From assembly GCA_947623925.1 (NCBI GenBank), contig CANQID010000004.1, positions 8,405 to 72,404 of the forward strand: DNA of 64,000 bases, given 5' to 3'. Every line of letters starts with the position of its first letter. The first letter of the stretch is position 1. Positions 1 to 9,233 of this stretch are shown here, piece by piece. This DNA comes from an uncultured Bacilli bacterium (lineage in GTDB: Bacteria; Bacillota_I; Bacilli_A; RF39; UBA660). A program made the translations under genes and the position numbers. Below the pieces are notes generated by a model. That model saw nothing but the letters and a program-made list of their open reading frames with translations. It did not search any database and was not told the DNA's origin.

Positions 1-673
1 TAGCAAGACCTCTTAATTTTATTTTTAATGGGCTTTCAGGTTGTTTCTCCTGCAATTCTTTAGCAAGCACTCCATAATATGTATTATCTCCTACTTTTTC
101 TACTTTCATTAATGCATGGTGTGAATAAACAACAGTACCTCTATATACAAAACTTTCATCTTTTTGATCTAAATTTAAAGATGGTATTTTATGTATTTCC
201 TTTGTTTCCCCATTAAGTGAAGATTCATCAACATATATGTCCCCATCTATTATTATTCCATCAGCCGGTATCTTATCTCCTGCATCTAATAGTACTATAT
301 CTCCAACTACTACATCTTCTATAAATATTTCTTCTATTTTGTTGTTTCTTTTTACTCTGCATTTTATTTTCGATGATTCTTCTTGTAATTTTATAAATGC
401 TTTTTCACTTCCATATTCTGATATCGAAGAAATAAATGAAGCTATAAAAATAGCAATCACTATTCCTATTGTTTCATACCAATCAAAATCTTTTATTAAA
501 AATACTATTTTTATTCCTAATGCAATTATAAGTATTTTAATTATTGGATCTCCTAAACTTTCTATTAATAATTTTAAAAAGCCATCTGGTTTTTTTGAAG
601 CTATTGTATTATTGCCATATTTTTTTTTACTTTCTATTACTTCTTTTGTAGTAAGTCCACTAGTATTATCCAT
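1..673 (-). CDS. P-type cation-transporting ATPase, N-terminal part; the gene continues beyond the window start
   Basis: I translated the minus strand from the ATG at 673, which has a GGAGG RBS at 681-685. The product begins MDNTSGLTTKEVIESKKKYGNNTIASKKPDGFLKLL..., a typical Cation_ATPase_N / Ca2+-ATPase N-terminus followed by TM helices. The plus-strand ORF 237..716 is a low-complexity antisense artefact. Confidence 0.6.
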   Translation of the reverse strand, partial: MDNTSGLTTKEVIESKKKYGNNTIASKKPDGFLKLLIESLGDPIIKILIIALGIKIVFLIKDFDWYETIGIVIAIFIASFISSISEYGSEKAFIKLQEESSKIKCRVKRNNKIEEIFIEDVVVGDIVLLDAGDKIPADGIIIDGDIYVDESSLNGETKEIHKIPSLNLDQKDESFVYRGTVVYSHHALMKVEKVGDNTYYGVLAKELQEKQPESPLKIKLRGLA

Positions 674-764
674 AATATGCCTCCTAATAAATATTATTAA
701 GAGGTTCTATTTTTAGTTATTTTTTTAATCGACATAATTATCAAAAAAAAGCACATAAAGTGCT

Positions 765-1106
765 TTAATTTTTATTATTTAAACTTTTTTCATAATTCTT
801 TAAAGTATTATATATACATGAGTAACTTCTTCTATTATAAAATTTACAAAATCTTCTTATACTTACTGTTGATTTTTTATATAAATTTATTATTTTATTT
901 TTTTCTTCTTCTGACAAAGCATTTGCTGGCTTCCTATTTTTATTTCCATGTACTAAACTTATATTATTATTTAATATATCTTTTTTCAATTTTAATATAT
1001 ATTTTGGATGATAGCCTGTTATTTGCGCTATCTCTTTATATGTTAAAAAAGTATCACCTTTTAACTTTTTATTTATTAATTCTATTGCTTCTTGTTTTTT
1101 GCTCAT
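765..1106 (-). CDS. small HTH-domain protein; possibly a transposase OrfA-like N-terminal remnant
   Basis: The 113-aa ORF has a basic HTH-like segment (LVHGNKNRKPANALSEEEKNKIINLYKK) that resembles N-terminal DNA-binding domains of IS transposases. No catalytic domain follows it. Confidence 0.3.
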   Translation of the reverse strand: MSKKQEAIELINKKLKGDTFLTYKEIAQITGYHPKYILKLKKDILNNNISLVHGNKNRKPANALSEEEKNKIINLYKKSTVSIRRFCKFYNRRSYSCIYNTLKNYEKSLNNKN

Positions 1107-1184
1107 CTCAAAGTCACCTTATTAAGTTTATCACATGAGTAATTTTTTTACAAGATAATTTTTTAATTACCATAAATTGTAAAA

Positions 1185-1925
1185 TTATTTATAATATACA
1201 TTTTTTAAGTACAAACCTTCTGGACGTGCGGTAAAAGGAGCACATTTTCTATCTTGTTTTTTTAGCATTTCTTTTATTTCAACTGGCTTAATTTTTCCTT
1301 CTCCTACGCATATTAAAGTACCAATCATATTTCTTACCATATATCTTAAAAATCCTGTCCCTTTAAATGATATTGTAAGTATATTGTTTTTTAATTTAAC
1401 TTCTGTTTTAATTATAGTTCTTATATAATTTTTTTGTTCATTTGTAGTTTTTGTAAATGTTTTAAAGTTATGAGTCCCTTCTAAATATTTAATAGCTTCT
1501 TTGATTAAATTAATATTTAATTTATCATTATATTGGTATACATAGTTTCTTTCTAATGGATTATATTTTCCCATATTTATTTTATATTCATATTCTTTTG
1601 CAACAACATCAAATCTAGCATGAAAATCTTTTTTAACTTTTTGTATCCTTTTTATATATATATCATCTGGTAATAAACTATTCATTGCATTTTTTAGTTT
1701 TTCTAATTGTATTTTTTTATCAAAATCAAAATGTGCTTTTTGATTTATCGCATGAACTTTACTATCAGTTCTACCTGATGCAGTTATTAACACTTTATAA
1801 TTATTTATTTTAGTTAAAACTTTTTCTATTTCTTCTTGAATTGTTCTCTTATTTAGTTGTTTTTGATAACCATTAAAATTAGTTCCATCATAAGAAAATG
1901 TTATTAAATATCTCATAATTATCAA
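1185..1925 (-). CDS. truA: tRNA pseudouridine(38-40) synthase TruA
   Basis: 246 aa. The N-terminus is YLITFSYDGTNFNGYQKQ and the catalytic motif is TASGRTDSKVHA. Confidence 0.85.
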   Translation of the reverse strand: MIIMRYLITFSYDGTNFNGYQKQLNKRTIQEEIEKVLTKINNYKVLITASGRTDSKVHAINQKAHFDFDKKIQLEKLKNAMNSLLPDDIYIKRIQKVKKDFHARFDVVAKEYEYKINMGKYNPLERNYVYQYNDKLNINLIKEAIKYLEGTHNFKTFTKTTNEQKNYIRTIIKTEVKLKNNILTISFKGTGFLRYMVRNMIGTLICVGEGKIKPVEIKEMLKKQDRKCAPFTARPEGLYLKNVYYK

Positions 1926-1971
1926 CTCCTTAAATATTTATTTACTACTTTAAAAAAATAGCTAATATTAG

Positions 1972-2652
1972 CTATTTAGCAAATCTATATATATCTTTCA
2001 TTAAATCTGTTATTTGATCTCTATACCCAATTTTAATTTCTTTTTTTTCTTTAACTTTTTTTGAAAACTGTATTACATTTGGAATAACGTTTAAATCATA
2101 ATTGACAAAAACATCATATTTGTCTCCTTGGCATATTACTTCATCTTTAACAACAATTATATTATCAGCTACTTTATGTATAAATTCTACATCATTTGTA
2201 ATAATTATTATTGTTTTATTTTGTTTTTTTAGTTCTTTTAAAATAATCATTAATTTCTTTATATTATCCTTATCTAAATTACTAGTAATATCATCTAAAA
2301 TAACTATATCTTTATTAAACAGTAAATTTAAAAACATATATGATAACCTAAGTTCACTAGAACTCATTGTTTTTATATTTTTTTTATAAAAGTTTTCGTC
2401 AAATTTAAATAGATCAATTGCATTTTGTATCAATTCTTTGTTTATATATTTTTTATAGTATTTTATTTCTTTTTCCAATGAACTTGTTTTGAAACATTTT
2501 GATATGTCTTTTAGCAAAATATATTTCCTATTATTTATAATTATATCTCTTATATTTCCATAATCTATAATACAATTAACACAATTATCTTTTATTTTTA
2601 AACAATTTTCATACTTTTTATCATTTATGTAACTATTACTTATTACTTCCAT
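1972..2652 (-). CDS. degenerate ABC-type ATPase subunit (EcfA-like) lacking a Walker A motif
   Basis: 226 aa. It keeps a signature-like segment MSSSELRLSYMFL and a Walker B-like NKDIVILDD, but has no GxxGxGK(S/T) P-loop. It overlaps the upstream ABC ATPase gene by 10 bp. Confidence 0.5.
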   Translation of the reverse strand: MEVISNSYINDKKYENCLKIKDNCVNCIIDYGNIRDIIINNRKYILLKDISKCFKTSSLEKEIKYYKKYINKELIQNAIDLFKFDENFYKKNIKTMSSSELRLSYMFLNLLFNKDIVILDDITSNLDKDNIKKLMIILKELKKQNKTIIIITNDVEFIHKVADNIIVVKDEVICQGDKYDVFVNYDLNVIPNVIQFSKKVKEKKEIKIGYRDQITDLMKDIYRFAK

Positions 2653-3356
2653 ATTGTATCCACCATCTTATCCATGTCTATTATTTGCTCATCTATTAAA
2701 TCATAAAATTTAAGTTTATTTGAAAGGTCTATCATAAAAGGTAGATCAATTTTATTCTGCTTTAAAAGTTTTTCTTTTTTTAATACACTCATTGTTTTTG
2801 AATTAGTTATTATTTTTCCTTCATTTAAAATAATTATATTATCCATATATATGCTATCTTCTATATTATTTGTTATATCTATTAAAGTTATTTTTTTCTT
2901 TTTTATAAGTTCTATTATTTCTTTTTTTATGTTAGAATCTATAACACTAAATACATCATCTAATATTAATATTTCTGGTTTTAAATTTATAGCAATAAGA
3001 ATGTTTAAAATATTTTGTTCTTTAATTGTCCTACATTTTTTTGGTACTATTGATTTTGCAAGTTCTTTTACTTTTGGAATTGTTAATTCAGAAATGCTTA
3101 ATCTAGTAAGTTTATCTATATATATTACTTGCTGTTTTAGAGTACCTCTATCAACTACTTTATCATCAAAATAAACATTGTTTGTTTTAATTTTTCCACA
3201 TATTATTTTAGCAAGTGTTGTTTTCCCAGAACAATTAGGTCCTATTAAAGAATTCAAACTTTTACTTTTTATTTCTAAATTTAAATTATTAAATATCATA
3301 TCATTTTTATAAGAAAAATCTAAATTAACAATTTTTAATTTCTTCATTAAAACCAC
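2643..3356 (-). CDS. ABC transporter ATP-binding protein (ECF-type EcfA-like)
   Basis: 237 aa. Walker A is LIGPNCSGKTTLAKI and Walker B is PEILILDD. The LSGGQ signature is degenerate (EQNILNILIA). The position upstream of truA resembles an ecfA1-ecfA2-(ecfT)-truA arrangement. Confidence 0.65.
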   Translation of the reverse strand: MVLMKKLKIVNLDFSYKNDMIFNNLNLEIKSKSLNSLIGPNCSGKTTLAKIICGKIKTNNVYFDDKVVDRGTLKQQVIYIDKLTRLSISELTIPKVKELAKSIVPKKCRTIKEQNILNILIAINLKPEILILDDVFSVIDSNIKKEIIELIKKKKITLIDITNNIEDSIYMDNIIILNEGKIITNSKTMSVLKKEKLLKQNKIDLPFMIDLSNKLKFYDLIDEQIIDMDKMVDTIWK

Positions 3357-3404
3357 CCTTAATTAATTATTTTATTATAAATCAAATTCTTTTACAAGGT
3401 TTTA

Positions 3405-3440
3405 CTAATAAAAAATAAAAATTTCATGTTTACACATGAA
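3405..3440 (-). terminator. rho-independent terminator downstream of pilin-like gene 1
   Basis: Perfect 10-bp stem AATTTCATGT-TTAC-ACATGAAATT at 3417-3440, followed on the minus strand by a T-rich run. Confidence 0.6.
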
Positions 3441-3441
3441 A

Positions 3442-5223
3442 TTATTCACAAGTTATATCTTCTTTAAGGATTATATGTGATGGATTATTTGATGAATCTT
3501 GTGTAGTACTATTTTCTAAGACAACATTTGAAGTATAATAAACATTGCCTGTATTATTTATTGATATATCATTTTCTGTACCATTTAATTTTGCTTTACA
3601 TATATAAATATCTGATTTTGAAAAATTATTCACCGCTACAAAATTTTCACTAAAAACAAAAACTCCATTTATATATATATTTCCCGTTGAAGTACTATCA
3701 TTTGTGATTCCTCTACCATTTTTATTATACACACATATACCACTTGTATTTTCTTCTTCTCCACACTTATCTGCAATAGAACCTTTTATTTTAATATTTC
3801 CAGAGTTAAAATTTACTATATCCCTAGCAAGCCACCAATCTTTAGCAGTAATGCCGTCAGTATAAATATAAACCTTACCACTAGTATCTACTATATTTAT
3901 ATCTTTAGAACTATAATTAGCTATTACATTTCCACTAGATGTATATTTTCCACCATCAATGTTTATAGTACCATTTTCATTATTTCTAATTAATGGTTCA
4001 TTCGTAGTAGAAATTGTAGAATTTTTAATATTTATAACACCACTTCCTGCATTATATACAGTATTTATACCATTGCTACTAACTTCCACATTTGAAATGT
4101 TAAATATTCCTCCTGCGTAATTATTAAAAACTGCTCTATCTTCTACTGAATTAACAATTTTTATATTTTTTATATTAAATGTTCCATTGGACATATTTAC
4201 AAATTTCTCTGCAGTAGGGCTCTCAAAAGTTCCACCATTTACATTAAAAATAGCATCAGGTGAATAATTATAAACTACATAAGCTTTTTCCGAATAAAAT
4301 TTACCCCCATTTACTGTCGTTGTTCCGCTATTACCAATTACACCTCCACCACTTTGATCAGATGTTTTTTTTATGAAATTTCCACCATTAATTACTAACT
4401 CAGCGGTTTGTAAATCATTACCTAAAAGCCACCTTGTTGTTCCCATTGTACCCGTTCCTATTTTATCATTTATTGTTAATTTACCTTTATTGCTTAAAAG
4501 TGTTTCTACTCCAGATGCAGCAGTAACTGTCTTTCCATTTAAATCTATTGCTACATCTTTTCCTTCAGGAATAGCCAAAGTATTTTCTAAATTAATATCA
4601 CTTAATAATAATATGTTATTTTTTGTACTATCTATATTGTTTATTGTTTCTTCTAGATTATTACTAAAATTACATTCTGAATTTCCTAATATGTTTTCTA
4701 CTTTTATTTTTCCATCTTCTTCTTTTATTGTTACTCCATTATTACATACTACATTTGTTCCTTCTTCTTTTTCTATACTTGTATTTGTACTAGCTCCTAT
4801 ATATACTTTTTTTACTTGTTCATTATTTTTCTTTATTATTAATGTTTTATTATTTGTATCTTTACAATAATCATTTTCTGATATACTTGACACTCCATCT
4901 ATATAATCTATTGAATATTTATTTATACATAGATTCGCACTTTCTATATCACCTTTTTTTATTGTTATACTTCCATTACTTGGTCCTGTTCCTGTATATT
5001 CTGCTTTTATGTTATTATCTAGTACACTATATAATCCATCACTTACTTCATTCATTATTAAATAATTTGATACTGCTCTTACATATCCTTCTGCACTATT
5101 TAATGCTGTACTTTTTCTTGATGATTCTATTACATTTAATAGTATTGGTGTTGTTATTAACGCTATTACTGCAAGTATTACTATTACCGCTAATAATTCA
5201 ACTAATGTAAATCCTTTTCTCAT
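3442..5223 (-). CDS. large type IV pilin-like protein with C-terminal parallel beta-helix domain (paralog 1)
   Basis: 593 aa. The N-terminus MRKGFTLVELLAVIVILAV is a class III (prepilin) signal: cleavage after G, F at +1, E at +5, then a hydrophobic helix. The C-terminal two thirds have G/N/T-rich beta-helix-like repeats (NGG.., GGT..). The first ~220 aa are near-identical to ORF 59933..61330. Confidence 0.75.
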   Translation of the reverse strand: MRKGFTLVELLAVIVILAVIALITTPILLNVIESSRKSTALNSAEGYVRAVSNYLIMNEVSDGLYSVLDNNIKAEYTGTGPSNGSITIKKGDIESANLCINKYSIDYIDGVSSISENDYCKDTNNKTLIIKKNNEQVKKVYIGASTNTSIEKEEGTNVVCNNGVTIKEEDGKIKVENILGNSECNFSNNLEETINNIDSTKNNILLLSDINLENTLAIPEGKDVAIDLNGKTVTAASGVETLLSNKGKLTINDKIGTGTMGTTRWLLGNDLQTAELVINGGNFIKKTSDQSGGGVIGNSGTTTVNGGKFYSEKAYVVYNYSPDAIFNVNGGTFESPTAEKFVNMSNGTFNIKNIKIVNSVEDRAVFNNYAGGIFNISNVEVSSNGINTVYNAGSGVINIKNSTISTTNEPLIRNNENGTINIDGGKYTSSGNVIANYSSKDINIVDTSGKVYIYTDGITAKDWWLARDIVNFNSGNIKIKGSIADKCGEEENTSGICVYNKNGRGITNDSTSTGNIYINGVFVFSENFVAVNNFSKSDIYICKAKLNGTENDISINNTGNVYYTSNVVLENSTTQDSSNNPSHIILKEDITCE

Positions 5224-5300
5224 TTACTTCCTTCTTTCTACTTTATATATATATTATGCCCCCCCCCCCATGACTTTTGTCAAGTGGGGCGTGGGCATAA
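4560..5300. repeat. ~0.74-kb duplicated segment (pilin N-terminal cassette plus promoter), copy 1
   Basis: Near-identical at the DNA level to 60670-61410. Both copies are in direct orientation. Confidence 0.7.
5253..5283 (-). promoter_or_regulatory. putative sigma-A-type promoter of pilin-like gene 1 with an 11-nt homopolymeric G tract in the spacer
   Basis: On the minus strand there is a -35 TTGACA (5278-5283), a 19-nt spacer containing G11 (plus-strand C11 at 5259-5269), and a -10 CATAAT (5253-5258). An AAGGAAG RBS follows. Confidence 0.5.
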
Positions 5301-5395
5301 TATAAAAAAAGTACAATTGTGCTGGTAAACTTAAAGTAGACAACTAGAGAGGGTATGTAGACAATTGATTATTTTATTTATAAATATACATGAAA

Positions 5396-6211
5396 TTATT
5401 TTAAATAATTATTGAAAATTGGTGGAATATCAGTTTTAAACAGATATTCTTTTTTATTCATTTTAAAACAAATATTATAAGCATGTAACATTAATCTAGG
5501 TGCATTTATTTTTGAATTATATTTTTTATCTCCTATTATTTTATGACCTATATCACTTAGATGAACTCTTATTTGATTTTTTTTACCTGTTTTTATATTT
5601 ACTTCCAATAAAGTATTTTTATTTTTCTTTAAAACTTTATATTCGGTTATTGCAAGATCTCCTTTATTAGACGAAAAAGACTTATGAAATGAGTTTTCCC
5701 TTATATATGATTTTATAACACCATTTTCTTTTTCTAACTTTCCTTCAACAACAGCATAGTATTTTCTTGTAACAATTTCATTCCAATTATTTTGTAAAAA
5801 ATTTTTTATTTTTTCACTTTTAGAAAATAATACTAAGCCAGATGTATCTTTATCTAATCTATGGACAATAAATATTTTATTATTTTTATTTACTGATTTA
5901 ACATAATTTGAAACATATCTATATAAAGTTTTCTCACTTTCTTTTGAAGTAGATATAGTAAGTAATCCACTAGGTTTATTAACAACAATTAAATCATTAT
6001 CTTCATATATTATTTCTATATCTTCATTAATTTTTTTTATAATTTCGACACAATCATTTACATTTAAAATAAAATCATATTTAGTAATTATTTTATTATT
6101 TACTTTAACCATTTTATTTATAAGCATATTTTTAACACTATTTTTTGATTTATTTATATTTTTATATAAAAACTCTAACAACTTTTCATTTTCTTTAACT
6201 ATAAATTTCAT
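5396..6211 (-). CDS. RluA-family pseudouridine synthase
   Basis: 271 aa. It carries the catalytic motif IVHRLDKDTSGLVLF. Confidence 0.8.
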   Translation of the reverse strand: MKFIVKENEKLLEFLYKNINKSKNSVKNMLINKMVKVNNKIITKYDFILNVNDCVEIIKKINEDIEIIYEDNDLIVVNKPSGLLTISTSKESEKTLYRYVSNYVKSVNKNNKIFIVHRLDKDTSGLVLFSKSEKIKNFLQNNWNEIVTRKYYAVVEGKLEKENGVIKSYIRENSFHKSFSSNKGDLAITEYKVLKKNKNTLLEVNIKTGKKNQIRVHLSDIGHKIIGDKKYNSKINAPRLMLHAYNICFKMNKKEYLFKTDIPPIFNNYLK

Positions 6212-6235
6212 AATTCCTCCTATAGTAAAAGAAGA

Positions 6236-7468
6236 CTATTTGTCTTCTAATAAATTAGTAATTGCCTTTACAACGCCAAGTTTACCATATTCATATGTTA
6301 AAGAACCTTGTTGATATGCAATATATGGGCTTCTTATAGGTCCATCACAAGAAAGTTCAATGGAAGAGCCTTGAGTAAATGAACCTGATGCCATTATTAC
6401 TTTATCATCATATCCAGGCATATCCCATGCACTTGGAATTGCAAAAGAATCTATTGGTGAACCTGCCTGTATACCTTGACAATATTTTATAAGTTTATTG
6501 GCATCATTAAATATTATATTTTGTACTATATCTGCTCTTACATCATTATATTTTGGTTCTACATCAAATCCTAATTTTTCCATTAAATAACTTGTTAATA
6601 TCGCTACTTTTAAACTAGCCTTTACTACACTTGGTGCCATGAAAAGTCCTTGATATAATGATTTATTTATTCCTAATGTAGGTCCTACTTCCTTTCCTTC
6701 ACCTGGAGCAGTTAATCTTTCACTTACAAGTTCTATTAAATCCTTTCTCCCACATACATATGCTCCATTAGATGCGATTCCACCACCTAAATTTTTTATA
6801 AGTGAACCTACAACTATATCTGCACCTAACTCAATAGGTTCTTTTTTAGATACAAATTCACAATAACAATTATCAATCATTATTATTACATTTTCATCTA
6901 TTTCTTTAATAAATTTAATTATTTTTTCTAATTTATATATATCAATACTTTTTCTAGTTGAATATCCTTTTGAACGTTGTATTTCTATAAGTTTAATATT
7001 ATTTTTTTGTAAACATTGCTTAATCTTATCATAATCAAAATCATTATCTATTAAATCAATTTGTTCATATTTTACCCCAAATGATTTTAATGAACTTTTA
7101 TTTTCTTTTATACCTATAACTTCTTCTAATGTATCATATGGTTTACCTGTAATACTAAGTAAAATATCATTTGGTCTTAAAAGTCCAAATAAAGTAACAG
7201 TTAAAGCATGTGTACCAGATATAAATTGAGTTCTAACAAGTGCATCTTCTGATTTAAATATATCACTATAAACGCTTTCTAATGTATCCCTTCCTATATC
7301 TGAATATCCATACCCTGTTGTCGATGAAAAATGTGCTTCTGAAACTTTGTTTTTTTGAAATGCATCTAAAACTTTTTTGCTATTATATTCACATATTTCA
7401 TCTATTTTTTTATACTCATTTATTAAATTATATTCTGCTTCTTGTACTAATTTATTAATATCTATCAT
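6236..7468 (-). CDS. methionine gamma-lyase family / aluminium-resistance-family PLP-dependent protein
   Basis: 410 aa. Similarity to the YnbB / aluminium resistance protein family, recognised from the sequence. Confidence 0.65.
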   Translation of the reverse strand: MIDINKLVQEAEYNLINEYKKIDEICEYNSKKVLDAFQKNKVSEAHFSSTTGYGYSDIGRDTLESVYSDIFKSEDALVRTQFISGTHALTVTLFGLLRPNDILLSITGKPYDTLEEVIGIKENKSSLKSFGVKYEQIDLIDNDFDYDKIKQCLQKNNIKLIEIQRSKGYSTRKSIDIYKLEKIIKFIKEIDENVIIMIDNCYCEFVSKKEPIELGADIVVGSLIKNLGGGIASNGAYVCGRKDLIELVSERLTAPGEGKEVGPTLGINKSLYQGLFMAPSVVKASLKVAILTSYLMEKLGFDVEPKYNDVRADIVQNIIFNDANKLIKYCQGIQAGSPIDSFAIPSAWDMPGYDDKVIMASGSFTQGSSIELSCDGPIRSPYIAYQQGSLTYEYGKLGVVKAITNLLEDK

Positions 7469-8171
7469 CTATATCACTCCATCTAATTATAGAACCTGTT
7501 TTAACACTATCGATTATTTCATATATTTTTTGTGCGACTATACTTGGTTCTATCAATTCTTTTTGATTTGTTCTTTTTAATTCTTTTTCTAAATATATAG
7601 GATTCATTTCTCTAACTGATTCTGTATTCACCCAAGGTAAAAGAAGTGCGAAAATTTTTACATTTGGAAGCGCTAAAGAAGTAGTTTTTGTAAGTGAATT
7701 AAGTGCAGCCTTAGATGCACAATAATCAATATTTATATCACTATATGTATCTTCCGAATCAGTAGATGAAATATTTATAATTGTATCTACATTGTCTTTA
7801 AAAATTTTTGTAATTAGAAATGGTCCAACAACATTTGTTTCTAAAACACGCATAAATTCTTCTTTTGATTTTTCTTCTATATAATTATCACATTCTAAAA
7901 CAGCATTATTTACTAAAACATTTATTTTTTTATATTTTTTAATAACATCATTAAACATATTTTTTATATCTTCCTCATTAGTTATATCTGCTTTAATAAT
8001 ATGTGCATTTATTTTATATTTTTTTTCAATTTCCTCTTTTAATTTTAAAGCAAGATTATAACTATTATTATAGTTAATAATTACATCATAACCCCTTTTA
8101 GAAAATTCAGTTATTATAGATTTACCAATACCTTTTGCTCCACCTGTTACTAGTATTACTTTTTTTTCCAT
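7455..8171 (-). CDS. SDR-family oxidoreductase
   Basis: The Rossmann motif is VTGGAKGIGKSI and the active site is YCASKAALNSL. Confidence 0.8.
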   Translation of the reverse strand: MEKKVILVTGGAKGIGKSIITEFSKRGYDVIINYNNSYNLALKLKEEIEKKYKINAHIIKADITNEEDIKNMFNDVIKKYKKINVLVNNAVLECDNYIEEKSKEEFMRVLETNVVGPFLITKIFKDNVDTIINISSTDSEDTYSDINIDYCASKAALNSLTKTTSLALPNVKIFALLLPWVNTESVREMNPIYLEKELKRTNQKELIEPSIVAQKIYEIIDSVKTGSIIRWSDIDDRY

Positions 8172-8300
8172 AAAACCACCAATTCGATTATACTATAAAG
8201 TTTAAAATTATAATATAAATTTTTATTTTTTTTTTTGATTATTTCTTAACTATATGATATTATAAAGAAACATAGAATGTAATATAGGAATGTGATTTTT

Positions 8301-9176
8301 ATGGGTATTGTTACAATTGTTATGATTAAAAGTTTTATAGTAAATTTATTATTGTCTATTTTAAAACTTATAACAGGATTTATTTCTAAATCATATGCTT
8401 TAATTGCTGATGGAGTGCATTCATTTAGTGATCTTATAACAGATATTATCGCAATTATTGGTAGTAAATTATCTAATATTCCTGCAGATGAAAAACACCC
8501 TTATGGACATGGTAAATTAGAATATGTTACGAGTTTAATAATTGGAGCAATTATATGTATTTTAGGTATAACACTTATAAATAATGCTTTTAATAATAAA
8601 TATGAAAGTATAGAATATATAGTAATAATTGTAAGTATTTTTACAATTATTATTAAATTTATATTATCTAGATATATACTTAAAAAAGGTATATCATTAA
8701 ACAATAATATTTTAATAGCAAGTGGTAAAGAAAGTAGTATGGATGTAATTAGTTCAATAGTTGTTGTTATATCGTCTTTTTTAATGTTGTTAGGTAAATA
8801 TAATAAAATATTTTTATTTTCAGATATGATTGCAGCTATAATAATTGGTTTATTTATAATTAGAACAGGTTTTAAAATTTTAATGGAAAACTTAAGTATT
8901 ATTTTAGAAGAACAAGAGACTAATAAAGAATATATAGATAACATTAAAAAAGTTATTTTAAAAAATAAATATATTAAAAATATAGATAAGTTAGTTTTAT
9001 TAAAGTTTGGTTCATATTATAAATTAATATGTGAAGTTTCTATGAATCCAAATATTTCTGTTCTTAAAGCACATAATCAATTAGATGAGATAGAAAATAG
9101 ACTTTCTGAATTTGATAATAAGATTAAATATAAAACTATACATGTTAATCCTTATAAAAAAGAAAAAAATTTGTAA
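8301..9176 (+). CDS. cation diffusion facilitator (CDF) family metal efflux transporter
   Basis: Six TM helices, the HSFSDLITD motif and a C-terminal cytoplasmic domain. An ATG at 8301 with an AGGAA RBS is preferred over the GTG at 8292. Confidence 0.75.
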   Translation: MGIVTIVMIKSFIVNLLLSILKLITGFISKSYALIADGVHSFSDLITDIIAIIGSKLSNIPADEKHPYGHGKLEYVTSLIIGAIICILGITLINNAFNNKYESIEYIVIIVSIFTIIIKFILSRYILKKGISLNNNILIASGKESSMDVISSIVVVISSFLMLLGKYNKIFLFSDMIAAIIIGLFIIRTGFKILMENLSIILEEQETNKEYIDNIKKVILKNKYIKNIDKLVLLKFGSYYKLICEVSMNPNISVLKAHNQLDEIENRLSEFDNKIKYKTIHVNPYKKEKNL

Positions 9177-9194
9177 TTATTACAAATTTTATTG
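9163..9194. repeat. 31-bp palindromic element / terminator, copy 1
   Basis: The sequence AAAAAAATTTGTAATTATTACAAATTTTATT overlaps the CDF stop codon. An identical copy lies at 11686-11717. Confidence 0.6.
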
Positions 9195-9203
9195 ACAAAT
9201 AAA

Positions 9204-9233
9204 TATTTTATTTGTTTTTTTATTTTCTAATTT
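9204..9233 (+). terminator. rho-independent terminator after the CDF gene
   Basis: Stem CAAATAAA...TTTATTTG followed by a T7 run. Confidence 0.5.

Noticed and set aside
237-716. 159-aa plus-strand ORF at the window start
   Set aside because: It is low-complexity and antisense to a clearly recognisable P-type ATPase N-terminus on the minus strand, which has a proper GGAGG RBS at 681-685.
4373-5210. Plus-strand ORFs 4373..4870 and 4842..5210, and the analogous 60835..61317
   Set aside because: They are antisense to the pilin-like genes. Their L/F/Y-rich composition is typical of reverse-frame artefacts in AT-rich DNA, and they lack an RBS.
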